From: Tubiluchus corallicola
Lineage: Eukaryota; Animalia; Priapulida
Direction of reading: 5' to 3'
Assembly (NCBI GenBank): GCA_030141605.1
Contig: JAQGDQ010000147.1
Location: 248,001-312,000 of the forward strand
Length of the DNA stretch: 64,000 bases
The first letter of the stretch is position 1, and every line of letters starts with the position of its first letter. Of this stretch, positions 51,478-64,000 are shown in pieces. Below the pieces are notes generated by a model that made no database searches, was not told the origin of the DNA, and was given only the letters and a program-made list of their open reading frames with translations. A program made the translations under genes and the position numbers.

Positions 51478-51692
51478 CTGGGTTGTGTGGCCGAGTGGTT
51501 TAGTTTTCGGACTGCAATGACGCAGTCTTGAGTTCGATACTAGCGGCTGCAAACGCCAGGGCATATACCCTACATGTTATTTGTTATTTGTGTGTTGCGT
51601 CCTTACTTGTATTGTTGTAAGTCGCTAAATAGCCGTTAGTGCTAATGTTGTCTGTTAAATGAGCGACGGCAAATAAATCTTGTCTTTGTCTT
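51478..51692 (+). mobile_element. tRNA-derived SINE
   Basis: Box A TGGCCGAGTGG, box B GAGTTCGATAC, and a 3' aaataaa plus (tgtct)-type tail. A related head lies on the minus strand at ~16625-16690. Confidence 0.65.
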
Positions 51693-54188
51693 TTTTGCCT
51701 TTAACAAAGCAAGACGTTTCTAATTATGGGTTGTCCAATGCGACGTCGTGGACAGAGTAATAAATGGAGGAAGAGATGGTTTTCAATTCACTTTTGTTTT
51801 TATGTGTTCACTACAGCGATATAGAGACAGCTGCAGTCACTGTGTTTATCGGCAATTTAACTGCAAAGTGCAATGTATTAAAATATAATACCAGTTCTAC
51901 AGTTCTTTTTATTATGTAGCCAAAGGGGACCAAAAGAATAAAATGTGAAAACAAGCAGTTGTGGTTTGAAACACATAACAGAAGCAGTTGATGACGAAAA
52001 AATATCATATAGTTAAAAAAACCTATATAATATAAATACGTGTGTTGAAAAATAGCTCTCCGGAAGAGAATCCCAGTAACTTGTAAAACCACTGAAATTG
52101 TTAAAAACGTTGCAATCGGTATTCCTACAATAACAGTCATTTTCGAAAGTGTTTTCTCGAACTCTCAAATCTTTTTTTAGGCAGTTTATTATCTATAGCT
52201 TATTACTGGTACATTCAAAACTCCGAACATCAAGAGCAAGCTGGCGAATCATCGGCGAGTTACAAAACGCTGCATGTTGAAGATTTCGCACGTCAAAGCC
52301 AATGACAAATTACATGTCAAATATTTTAATGAAAACCGTTTCTCAAATAACTTCTTCGCAAAATATACAGTGCCAAAACACCCGTGCAAATTCTGCAATT
52401 TTTCTTCATGCCATCAATCCTTGTGATAGATGTCAAACGAGACGTAATAGAAAGCGGACGGCCGAGAATTATTACGTGCAAATTTCGTTACAACAAATTG
52501 TCCAAATTGCGTCCTGACAAGGCGCGAAATCAGTCCACGGTTTGATTTGCTGTTGCAAATAAGACGTTTCAGTAATGAAAAAAGTGAAGGGAGTTGTGAG
52601 GTATAAATGATAGACCCTCTATTAGAAATTTAGGTAGGACGGATAATATTGTTTTGGCAAGTATTTTAACGATGGTAAGAAAAACGTAAAACGTTATGGT
52701 TGCTATTACTATAAGAGACAATTAGAAAAGAAAGCAGACGGGAAAAGAAAGAGAAGAAATATACTAGCGAACACGAGAAAGAGCAGAAAGAGAGAAGCAG
52801 AGCTCAAAAATAGGAAAGAAATGGAGAGATTACGATAGGCGGGGAGAGGAGGAGATATGGTGTGGAAAGAAGAGAGGAGAGAAGTGGAAAAAAGTGGTAA
52901 TGGGGTTAATGGAAATGTTTTATGGTTTACGGTGTAGACTAACGGAAAACCAAAAGGGTAGAAAACTAGTCAAAACTTAGATTACCATGGATAGAAGTTT
53001 CAAGTAAAACAAAACAAAAGGAAGTGTAACCGATTTAACAAAAGAAAGAAAACAAAATTTTCCAACAATAGTCTTTTCTGAAACAACAATATTATTTTCA
53101 GTTTAGATGTTACAAAAACGAGGGTCACAACAACTAGTACAAGCCAATGGTTATTACTTCATACGTTCTTGTATTATATTTCATTCGGCTACGCTGGCAA
53201 GACTGACTACCAACAAGACCAAGGTGATAATTTCTATAATACATGTAAACGTTCTTTTCAAATGCGTACAGAAAAGTTTTTGTCTCAGATAAATAATATA
53301 ATCGTCTTTTGTTGCATCTGAGCATATGCCTGAATCTTCAAACAAAATATCTTTAACGATGGCTGGACGCATATTTTAATTTTGGTAATGAGATAGTCAG
53401 TCAAGACTTGGTAAATGGATCGTTATAGCAAAAAACAGCTTGAACTGGGCGATTTAGTACATTTTTACGGTCCATTGTTGTCATTTGTAAGTGCCCAATG
53501 GCAATCGACAAGTTTTTTGAATATATTTACCGTAACTGAGTAATGAGTTTATGTGTGCAAACGTTCTTGAATAAAAAATAAAAAAACAACATTTCCTGCA
53601 TCAGAAGAGAGTAGTCAATATTTGTTACTATGATGTCCTCTGAGATGAGACACATAGCCGGCAGAGGTCTTCTGACCAAGCTCGGAGTCGTGTAAATTTT
53701 CCCCAAATAAGAGAAATTTGAAGATAGTATGGCAAATGAAACTGTCCTGAAGAATTTCACCTGATGATCGTCCACCCATTCATTTGCTAGGTTCAGCTTT
53801 GCTTAATTTGAAGCCAACAACACGCCATTACAGCTTAGCAGCTATTTTTCAACCTTCAATTAGTAACTTAAACGTTATTAATTTTAGTGCTTTAAGTTCT
53901 TTCTTGGGAGAAGCAAATAGTTTAATACCTAATGCCAAAAGTGTCCTCTAGGCAAAGATATTCTAATCACGAATGCATAATCTGCTGAGAGAGGAAATCT
54001 AAACGGAACCAGTTGTCCTTTGTGACTGAAATGCTAGAGTTACCGCACATGTATAGATCACCAAACCAATTGCCTCGCTCGTTTTAGGTTGAACGACAAA
54101 TAACATCTTAGCAGTCTTGAACTGACTATCTTGACTAACAAAATAGTCCAAAAATTCCGATGGCTTGAATACCTTGGGCTGCAACGTA

Positions 54189-56393
54189 TTACAAGCTGAA
54201 TTCACTTAATACGTCAGTTTCGCTTTGTTGGCCATCATCGTCATCATCGTCATCGTCATCATCATCGTCATCGTTATCATTATCGTGATCGTTATTGTCA
54301 TCAGTAGCGTCATCATCATCACTGGACAGTAGGGTGGCTGCTCTGTTTTCATACGTGATCGGTGTTGTGTCGGACATTGTATCCACCGTGCCCAAAAACA
54401 TTTGGGAGACATTGTCTGCCGTCGTTTCCTTCTTGCGCCTCCTCCAGCGGCTCCACATCTTGCTGGCGCAGGTGATGGCGCCAAGAAGAAACAAGACACC
54501 GAATGTACACAGGATGGATATTAACACCACATAACTCTTCTCCACGCTCAAATGTCTAAATGCCGAGTTTCGAGTCCGCATCTGATTACAACTCACAATT
54601 ATGGACACGTCGTAACGCAGGATTGAGATACAAATGTCATATAACGTGTCAGGTACCAGATTGTTTATTGTGTACATCCGAATCGGATAATTCACATTAA
54701 TTGATGTAAACGGAGTGTTTGGTGCGCCTGTTAACTTGTAGAGCAATTGATATTGGAACCAAATGACCTCTGTGCCATTCCAAGAGACCGTGATGTCATC
54801 AGCAGTGGAAGACACTAGGAAAATATGCATGCCCATGTTGTAGACGTATAGGTTGACAGTTCTGGAACTGCCGCCCATGTGGTTAGCAGCAGTGCAGGTA
54901 TATGTGCCAGCGTCATTTAACTGAAGATATTTGATCGTTAACACTCCATCTTTTTGTGTAATGCGGTTATTGCTGCTGTCGAAGTCGCCTGTACCGTAAT
55001 GCGGCGTCGTCCACCGGATATCCGGTTTGGGCACACCCACCGCTTTGCAGTTGATCTTAAACGCTTCACCTATCGACCCCCTTACGGAGCCGTTGAACAG
55101 AGGCAAAACTCTCGGAGGGCAGTACTTAGGAATAGCGTCCAAATTTATATTTCTGATTTGGATCATGCTGGGCTCTACACAATATGTCCTGTTTAGATTT
55201 TCCACGGTAAGGTTCCACTGTCCGTAATCTAATTCTCGCCGTAACCAGTATAAATTGCAGTCACACAATAACTGGTTTCCGTGCACGGAAAGAACACGCA
55301 GAAGAGGGAGATTGGATATGATCTCTTTGCTGATTGCTCTAAGCTGATTATTGTGCAAATAAAGGGCGGTCAATTTCGGCACGTTCTGAAAAGCCTCGGG
55401 ATTCACGTACATTAACCTGGTGTTGTCGTGAAGTTGCAGCTCTCTGAGATTCTTTAAATCAACAAACGTGGCGTTTTCGATCGTTCTGAGCGAGTTCAGA
55501 TTACTCAGGTTCAAATACTGCAAATCCATTCCCCGGAACGTGCCCACAGTTATTTCTCTCAGAGAATTAGCACTTAGCCAGAGATCGGTTAGTTGCCTAA
55601 TTGACTCAAAGGTTCCGGGATGTAGAAACCTAATAGCGTTATTAGACAGATTCAGCGAATGTAGCCGCACCAAGCCGCGGAAAGCGTCCTTCTCTACGCG
55701 CGAGATGCGGTTCCGGCTCAGATCGAGCTGCCGCAGAGCCGATTGCGATTTAAACACGTTATTGGAAATTTTTCGCAGAAAGTTGTCACCTAAGTTGAGC
55801 TGTTCGAGCTTGTTTAAACTTTGAAGGACGACTTCGTCAATATTGGTTAACCGATTGCGTGAGAGGTCGAGTTGCGTAAGCTCTGGAGTGGGCAGTTCTT
55901 TGTGATGGAAAGTGAAGATCTTGTTATTACTGAGCAAAAGTCTTTTCAGACTTATTAAACCCGCGAATGCAGTCACATCAATTTCTTCTAAGTCGTTATA
56001 TCCCAAATCTAACACGCGCAACAACGGTAACTTCAGAGGCTTTAATGTAGAAATCGAATTGTTTGAAGCATCCAAGAAAACAAGCATAGTACTGTACTCG
56101 AAGTTTAACACTTCTAACTTGTTATTAGAAATATTTAAAACTTTCGTTTTCTGTAAGAAAATTTCAGCAGTTGCGAGATTGGCGTAAGAGCAGTCCATAG
56201 CCCGTTGTTCCACGTTGCATGAGCACTCTGTTGGACAAATGAAGCCAGACTCAGATGTAATGTTGGTAGTTATAGTGCCATTGTCGTTTGAACCGGAATA
56301 GGACGTAGGGCCCATTTTCACATATTTGTTGACATGAACAATCATGACGGTCACTACCATCAACATCATCCTTTCGAGGCGGTTGATTATCAT
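54189..56393 (-). CDS. LRRN1: Leucine-rich repeat neuronal protein-like (LRRNT, ~13 LRRs, LRRCT, Ig, FN3, TM, acidic tail), single coding exon
   Basis: 758-aa ORF with CPTECSC LRRNT, LxxLxLxxN repeats, GNQLLCDCNLYW LRRCT, Ig (CKAVGVPKPDIRW...DAGTYTC), FN3 (ITVSW...YTINNLVPDTLYDIC) and TM YVVLISILCTFGVLFLLGAITCA. The first in-frame ATG is at 56393; an acceptor at ~56481 is in frame, so an upstream exon is possible. Paralogue assignment within the LRRN family is uncertain. Confidence 0.88.
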   Translation of the reverse strand: MIINRLERMMLMVVTVMIVHVNKYVKMGPTSYSGSNDNGTITTNITSESGFICPTECSCNVEQRAMDCSYANLATAEIFLQKTKVLNISNNKLEVLNFEYSTMLVFLDASNNSISTLKPLKLPLLRVLDLGYNDLEEIDVTAFAGLISLKRLLLSNNKIFTFHHKELPTPELTQLDLSRNRLTNIDEVVLQSLNKLEQLNLGDNFLRKISNNVFKSQSALRQLDLSRNRISRVEKDAFRGLVRLHSLNLSNNAIRFLHPGTFESIRQLTDLWLSANSLREITVGTFRGMDLQYLNLSNLNSLRTIENATFVDLKNLRELQLHDNTRLMYVNPEAFQNVPKLTALYLHNNQLRAISKEIISNLPLLRVLSVHGNQLLCDCNLYWLRRELDYGQWNLTVENLNRTYCVEPSMIQIRNINLDAIPKYCPPRVLPLFNGSVRGSIGEAFKINCKAVGVPKPDIRWTTPHYGTGDFDSSNNRITQKDGVLTIKYLQLNDAGTYTCTAANHMGGSSRTVNLYVYNMGMHIFLVSSTADDITVSWNGTEVIWFQYQLLYKLTGAPNTPFTSINVNYPIRMYTINNLVPDTLYDICISILRYDVSIIVSCNQMRTRNSAFRHLSVEKSYVVLISILCTFGVLFLLGAITCASKMWSRWRRRKKETTADNVSQMFLGTVDTMSDTTPITYENRAATLLSSDDDDATDDNNDHDNDNDDDDDDDDDDDDDGQQSETDVLSEFSL

Positions 56394-58209
56394 TTCAACG
56401 GTCAGCAACGACTCTAACGCTTGAATTTTATTTATTGAGGCTGCGATGGCAAGCTTTCCATTCAAACACCTTTCGGCAACCTACAAGTATAAAAGATGCA
56501 GTGTACATTGGTTTGAAATGTCTGCATAGCACAAATGCCAAAATAATACAGAGACCTAAGAAATAATTAAGACAGATGATATAGAACTGATATAGACTTG
56601 TTATGGGCACAAGAAAAAGAAGAGGGCCTTCCAAAAAGCCACACAAAAAAGACTAAAGAAAAATAATAAAATATCATCCGTTAAAAAGAAATTGTGATTC
56701 GATCAATGGATTACTACCTATTTATTGGTTAGAGTGAAAACAATGAAACTGAAAGTGGAAATTTGACAGTTTTTTCAAATCGATTAATTTTGCAACTTAA
56801 ACATTACATACATATGAAAAGTCGCACTTATATTTAAAACTAGCAGTCATGGTTTTGCCGATGATATCATATCAGATATTTATGATTCATCATTAAATCT
56901 TGCTGTTTGTCAAGGATTATCATGTTCTAGAAGCTTGATGTCTTCTGAGTCTTTACAAGGTTACCCTTCCCTAACTGCAAATAAAAATAATAATTCTGTG
57001 CTCAGTGTAACATTTGCTCAATACTCTGAGCGCATCATAAAGCCGTAGCTTGAGTGAAGCCATTTCCATTTAAGCATCGCCAACACCTAGTCAAACACCA
57101 ATAGATCAGCACATCCAATGTGATTTATTTCCTCAAACGTTCCCTTTTATGATATTGAGCGTCATGGTACATTGACGCTGTAACAAGAGAGCCGTATATT
57201 AGGATTAGACGTTCGTTCTAATGCTTATAGAAGCAGAAGATGAAGAAAGAAAGAAAGAAGAGAAAAAGATTGGCATTATATCCCCAAAGGCGCAGAGGAT
57301 TAGATGACTATGGCATCTATTTACGAATGATGCATTACAACAGTGATAGTCTAGCAGCTGAAATGAACAATAAAAATTAAAAATTAAATAATACATTAAT
57401 AACCACAAAGAGTAGAGTAGTAAATATTTTTACTTCTGATATGCTCATGTGATATGCAATATACAACCGTCATATACAGAAACTGACTGACATTAATCTA
57501 TTGCTCTGCTTGGCTGCAATAAGATTACTGATAATTAGGCAGAACAACCTTCATTCTAGGATGCAGAGTACTCGTAGCTATGGTAACATATAAACCTTCT
57601 TCCGTAATCCTTAGCTTAAGCCATTCCATTAATTATTGAAAACATCTTGTTATCGTTTCACCTTGAAAATGTAGAAAATGAAGTGCCTTTGCACTAAACC
57701 AGAAACTCTAGTTAATTTTTTATTATCTCTTTTCATAGGACTCAGTTCAAGAAAGCTGCTTGCTTTAGTGAGCTCCTGGATATGTATTTTTAAACTCTTA
57801 TGCAAGTCACTTGAAAAACCCTTAGAGGTGAATATTGAAAAGAGCCTGAAGGACCCTGGATGATCAGTAATAATTATAGCAACCTTCAGAATAAGCAATC
57901 AAAACATTTTGAAATTAAACTACTAGTATGAGTCTCATAGATTCACATTTGTAATTATTGTAGTTCATTCGGCTATGTAGGTTTTATTGAAAAATGAGAA
58001 TGTGGTAACAAGCAACAACGGTCACCATAAATGCTGAAAATATCAGAAAATATCACACGTAAAAGATCACAGAGAAATCACAGTAGATAAAAACCACAAC
58101 AGCACAATAGTGAAAAGCACGATATGCCTTAAACTTAAAGTACTGAGTCAGGAACACAATAATACATGAACTTTGTAAGAGGAAGAACCATATACATGTA
58201 TACATATAT

Positions 58210-58460
58210 TTTTTCATTTATAAAATGCCATTTTGCTAAAGTAGAAAGCCAGCAAGCGAAAAGCACGATATTCCTTTGACCAATACATGAAGTTTTTTCT
58301 GCTGTACCCACCATAACCAGTTTGTCTATACCTGCCTATACCAATATATATATATACATATATATAAAGTTGATGTACTTAATTAGTCAAAGGAATATCG
58401 TGCTTTTCGCTTGCTGGCTTTCTACTTTAACAAAATGGCATTTTATAAATGAATAAAAAT
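58210..58460. repeat. Inverted duplication (~70-90-bp arms) bordered by TA tracts
   Basis: ttcatttataaaatgccattttg...gatattcctttgac pairs with gtcaaaggaatatc...caaaatggcattttataaatgaa. Confidence 0.9.
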
Positions 58461-61400
58461 AACGGGAATATTTGAACGTTCGTCACTTTGTTGCACGTAT
58501 TCACTGTTCGTAAACAAACTCGTTTATTTGCCGCTTAACACTGATTACTGCTTTATTACGAAATTACGCATGGTGAAAATTGCGGTAAAATTATGTTCTT
58601 TATCGAATTCATTTAAATTGTAGCGACTGTGTTATGTATTTTCCACCGTATTCCCAAGACTGAATGTAACTCTCGTCCATAAAATTCAGGGCTTCTGTCC
58701 TTTTACACGAACATTTGCAATGCCAGCGGTTCCAGTAATATTACTCCCCAAAGTACACACACACATATATATATATAAATATAGAAGAAAATAAAAGCTC
58801 TTTTTAAATCACAATTCAAATGCATTTGCCAGTGCGTTAAAAGCTCTTTCTCGTCATAAACCCACTTTCAGTAAATCCATGCTGACTAACACTGCAGTCG
58901 ACTACTCAGACTATTTTTATTACGGAATGCAATGAAATGTGGCAGATTCTTCAGATGCATACAGTATTAGCGTCCATATTTGGCCGAATAACTCAAAATC
59001 ATCAGTTTGTTCTTTTTAAAGTTTCTTCGAAACAATTGTTTTATCTCAAGGTGGTAAACTGCTAGGGAACTTCGGAAGATAAAACATTAACGCTAGCATA
59101 AAATATCGATTAATTATATTTATAATTGTAATTTCGATAATTACATAATGGCCATAATTATTAAAATTTTGAAAGTAAGCTTGGTCGAAAGAAAGGAAAT
59201 TTGAAAACATCGGGAGCGAACCTGGTAATTAACTGCCCACCCGCCCCTCAGGTCTCGTACACCTTTGAATTTGCCATTACTACTCTTTCTTTTCTCCTTT
59301 ATTCACCCAGGGAATTACCAGGGATTGCTCTGATGTTGAAAATAATTAGTTGAAAATTTCTCTAACAAATGCTTGCAAATGTTTAGTTAGATAGATGGTG
59401 AAACATCAGGATTAAACTAAGGCCTGCCTTCTTCACATCTTGAACTTTCAGTCATGCTTAGTTTTAAAAGTATAATAGTTATGTGTACGATCGTTTATAA
59501 TCCTTCATAATTGAAACCAGATATGTTGGCTTCATTCGTCGTTGAATTTTTTTATACGGCAAATTGATCAATTGTCAAAATTAACCAAATTAAACTATAA
59601 CTGCATGAAATACACTTTAATAGTCAATAAATAGAGTTAAGGGAATAAAACTACTTTGCTCACTGGGAGGGGTTGATTAAAAGACTTCCGTTATTAATAA
59701 CTTTGAAGACAATGCCAAAATACTAAAGTAGTTGGAATCGGCTGTTTGACCAGAGGTACAAATTGTCATGAATGTTAGATTGGAGAGGGTGTTTTAACTT
59801 CTTACCAGTTCTAGACAAAATACTCTCATGTTCGTACATTCTTACTTTTAAAATCGCTGGAAGTTTTACATAGTATGCAACATTGCTGTTGGTACATTGA
59901 TTTTACAAACAATATCAGATTGTCTAGGGATGCATTTCATTTTTAAATTTGAAAAAATATCTTAAACTCAAATAATATATTTATCTAGTACGTACCCAGA
60001 TCTTCATGGTATTGATCACAGTTTTTGTAAATGAAAAATAAAATCAGTTATGCGGTTAAGTATACCCGTTTTGATGCAGGAATTTAATCATTTGACGACA
60101 ACACTCTCGTATTTTGAATTAACCAATTGCAAACGTTCTTTTAAGAAAGCCACTTCAAGCGCAAAATCGCCATAAAAATAAACGAGATTAGGTCTAAGCC
60201 CTGAAACCAAAATAACGACAGTGAAGGCTAGCGGCTGTAAAATTAATTACATTACGAAACAAATTAAATTCAGCTTAAGTTAAGCCCAACTCAAGACGAT
60301 GATAAATTGGTAATTATTGAATAGATTTAACGATTAAGTTATGGTAGTAACTACATATCTTTATACAATTTTGCATGGCAATGTTAGCAAGAGTTGGTGA
60401 TGCAGAAAGGTATATAGTTTTCCGTTATTTTTTTTACTTTCTATGGTCTTATTTTAATTTTAATTTAAAGCACTATTACCGCTCTTTATTTGAGACGTCT
60501 AAAAACTGAGCAAATACAAGTTTACAGCACATTACAAAAATTAGACAGATAAAAAATTTGACAAACAGCAATTTCAAGCAAGTAAAAAATGATCACTTAT
60601 TTCCACTGTACGACTTTGAATGTGCACAAGGTTTATAATTTCTACGTAAAGGTATCTAGGATTCTGAAACATACCCAGGAAGACTTTTTACGGCTGAGTT
60701 TCAATTTAAAATATCAACGTAAATGTCGGCAACTTAATTGAGGGATTTCAAACTTTTGATTGATGTACGTTCCTAATAATTAATATTTTAATGGGCAAGA
60801 GCGCCTGGTTCCCGAAAATTCGTTGCGCAGCAGAACAAACTCAATTATGGAGTAAAAGAATTCGAGAGAAAGAGAAAAATGATCTAATAGTGTAATTATT
60901 GTAAGGCGTCAGTGAGTGAGAGAGTAACGGATATTAATCCGTGATCCATAGTTCCACAAAATTTAATCAATAGTACACTCAGAGTGGTAAATTTGCCCAG
61001 TGCCTTCTGAAAATGCTTGGTGCTCCTTCCCGAAGCACAGCTCTGTGGGCCGTACTGGCTCATTTGTGGGACCAGCTTTCAAAAAACTATTTGGGCAAAT
61101 TTGTGCATGGCAACTATGAGGTTACATAATCCCCTAGCTGTATAAGTATTATACTGTTCACTTTTGTGGTCAGCTGGATAGTAGCAGAAAAAATATGAAT
61201 GACACATCGGGGTATACTACCCTAAAAATTGTCACGTTTGAGAATAGCCCAAAAATGTGTTTGTTGATTTCTGTTCATTTTCCCCTACCTACATAGCATA
61301 TTCTACACACCCAACATGGCCATTTAAAATTCCTGTATCAATGGTTTCCGAGAGTGGGGTAGTAGTTGGACGCGGGGTACTTGGTGAAGCTAGTCCCAAA

Positions 61401-61659
61401 AAGCCATGCTAACGTAAATGTATCTATATTTTTTTTCAAATAAAACGTTATTTAGTTCCACAACGCTTCTAACATTACACAAATTTCTCGCAATAGCGCC
61501 ACGCAGATTATGAAAATTAAACACTGCATAAGTTCTGTCCAATTATGACCCATGGGTGCAAGAATGCATTACCGTCTCATTAAAACATAACCAAAAATGT
61601 GATAACACCTGCATATTTCTGGAATTTTACCAGCTTGTCGTTACTGCTCCTTGATCCTT

Positions 61660-63030
61660 GTTACCTTTACCTGAAATCAAAATATCAAATCTGCCCATGC
61701 TCAAATAGGTACATACTTCGGCTCAAGTATAACCATCACATACAGGTAGGCCTTAGCAATTGCATCATTACTGGCCTTATTAAGCCATCTGGTCCTTGGT
61801 TACCACATATGGTCAATAAGGTAAATTGTGTGTCACATAAATTAACCGTATTTTAGAGATAGTTAAGTTATTCTTAGCAACAACGGTGATAATAAGTTTA
61901 GATTGGAAAATAGTTTGGGAAACCTCAATTTTTAGGAAAACATAAGAAAACACAAAGAAACATCTTACCACACAGGAGAGGCAGCAGTTGCTATTGGAAT
62001 GACGTGATGTTGTTTATCTTAGCAACTATATAGTCGCAGGTCCTAAAAAGCATTTATGCTCTTTGTATGCTCTAATTACCAAAATATCCATAGATTCTTG
62101 CAAAAATCTGCCTAAGAACTTACAATTAAAAAACGATTATTATAAGAACTGTATTTAAATGTGTGCGTAAATGCACTTATATCCAGCAACTTCAACCTCA
62201 GTCATACCATAAGTCGCAGTTGCCGATTAAATTCATTTATACCAGATGCAATTCTTGTAGTAATCGCAATATTTTTTCCTTATTGCTGTAGTGACAATGT
62301 GTAGTTTGTTTACATTAGCAACTATACGGTAGCACCTGTAGTAAATAACATTAAACCTCTTTGTATGCCGTAGTAATTAAATTATTGATAGAAAACTGTC
62401 TGAAATTTGTATTTAGGAAAAAATATTGTGAATCGCCTCTAAAAGAAATGCATACATGAGTTTAACCGGCATCATCAATTTATGACACGGCTGAAGTTGA
62501 AGTTGCTAGGTATAACTGCATTTATGCATCTATTTTAGATGCATTTGTTATAATAACTGCGTTTTTCCTAATTGTAAGTTTTTCTACATTTTTTGCAAGA
62601 AACTATAGCCATTTTGATAACGAGAGCAAGCAAAGAGCATAAATGGTTTTTAGCAGTTGCCAGTATATAGTCGCCAAGGTAAACAATTATCACATCGTTG
62701 CTATAGCAACTTATGCTTCTCCGGTGTGTTAAGATTTGTTGTTAGTTCACAAAAGTAAAAATCTAGATTTCCCAAACTATTTTAAGCCTAACTTTGTTAT
62801 CTATGCTGTTGCTAAGAAAAACAGTAGTCATGGCTAGCAAATTATGTCAAACAATTTATATTTATAGCCAAAAACAGTAACCTAGGCTAGGCGGCATTAG
62901 ATGTCAAAAGCTAGCAATGATACTGCTGGCTAAAGCTAACCTGTGTGGGACGGTTAAACTTGAGCCGAAATAAGTGCTTCATTTGCATAAGGAGAGATGT
63001 GAGATTTTGATCTCAGGTAAAGGTAGCATT
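61660..63030. repeat. Long degenerate inverted repeat (~600-bp arms)
   Basis: Matching blocks include ttacctttacctgaaatcaaaat / attttgatctcaggtaaaggtag, aaaatagtttgggaaa / tttcccaaactatttt and agcaacttcaac / gttgaagttgct. Confidence 0.85.
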
Positions 63031-63329
63031 TTTTAATGTAGAACTATAGACCACTGAGAAAATTACAGAGGTATTGTGCCCTCTAAAAAGTGCTAAGATG
63101 ATTGTCTGGCTCATGACATGAGGTAGAGCCGTAAATATAAATGCAGCTTTGTAGTTTGTGATAAATTGCGGACGACTATAGACAATTGGTGACATTCCTA
63201 AAAGAATAATGACTTTTTCCGTTTACGTCTCACCAAGGAATTCGAATTGAATTCCACAAAGCTAGACGTATATATTGAATTACCTCTGCCCAGAAAAGTT
63301 CTATCAATGTCCATTGTGTGTGTGAAGAT

Positions 63330-63475
63330 CACCTCACCATATTCACCTCAGCTCACCTTCCCTCACTTCATTTCACATTACCTTACTTCACTTTACTTCA
63401 TGTCACCTCATCTTACCTCGCCTCTCATCATCTCGCCTCACCTCACCTCACATCACCTCACCTCACCTCACTTCT
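63330..63475. repeat. Degenerate (CCTCA)n pentanucleotide repeat
   Basis: Read directly from the sequence. Confidence 0.85.
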
Positions 63476-64000
63476 TGTAAGATTATGAAATAGTTCAAAA
63501 AATTGTTTTTGATATCGAAGTCCTATAAGAATCGCATTTCAGGTTCAGATAAATTTATTTATCATTTGTAATACACGAAAAATCAAGTACATAGCAAAAT
63601 AAGTTATTAGTAGTCAGAGAAAGGGTGGCGAAAAAACCCTAGAGGTTAGCAAATCAGCAACGCTTTTTAGTTAAAGCTAGTACAAGAAAATCTAACGACG
63701 GACTTAAGCTGGGATAAAGAGACTGTTTCTGGTTTGTAATGGTTTAAAATAAGGTTATATGATAATACAAGAGACAAACCTGCACTAAAAAATAAAAACT
63801 GATATTGAAAAAACTGTGTAAAGTGTTAAATGCAAGTATGCAGTGTCTTTATTATAAGAACTTCCGTATCGGTCTGTCTGAGGCTACTGATTATACACGG
63901 TTTAAGAAAACTCAAGATTACATAAAATACCAAGTTAGTATCAGTAACATTTTCCTTGTGTGTTGTATTATATTCTGATATTCGGATTTTCTACAGCAAA

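Noticed and set aside
51478-51550. tRNA-Cys gene
   Set aside because: A and B boxes are present but the stems are degenerate and a SINE-like body and tail follow; called a SINE.
54295-56187. Plus-strand ORFs overlapping LRRN
   Set aside because: Antisense shadows of the coding strand with no independent signal.

Overview
AT-rich, intron-containing animal genomic DNA. It is probably an invertebrate, plausibly a lophotrochozoan (inferred from a divergent ionotropic-receptor-like locus alongside an intact SC5D). Three protein-coding genes are supported. (1) A minus-strand multi-exon CCDC73-like coiled-coil gene (~246-10678; 5' end uncertain, probably running off the left edge). (2) A complete 5-exon lathosterol oxidase / sterol-C5-desaturase SC5D (29174-36151, +, 280 aa). 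(3) A single-coding-exon LRR-Ig-FN3-TM neuronal receptor of the LRRN/NLRR type (54189-56393, -). An intronless ionotropic glutamate receptor (IR/iGluR)-like pseudogene (~17225-18600, -) is split just before its pore loop by a TA-duplicating MITE. The rest is a patchwork of hAT and Tc1/mariner/pogo MITEs with visible TIRs and TSDs, decayed CR1/L2-group LINEs, tRNA-derived SINEs, Helitron/Helentron-like elements and microsatellites. The most unusual unexplained structures are a ~570-nt rod-like fold-back with a partial tandem re-copy in a CCDC73 intron, recurrent palindromes centred on (TA)n tracts, and a 1.4-kb degenerate inverted repeat upstream of LRRN. All calls were made by eye, with no database searches.
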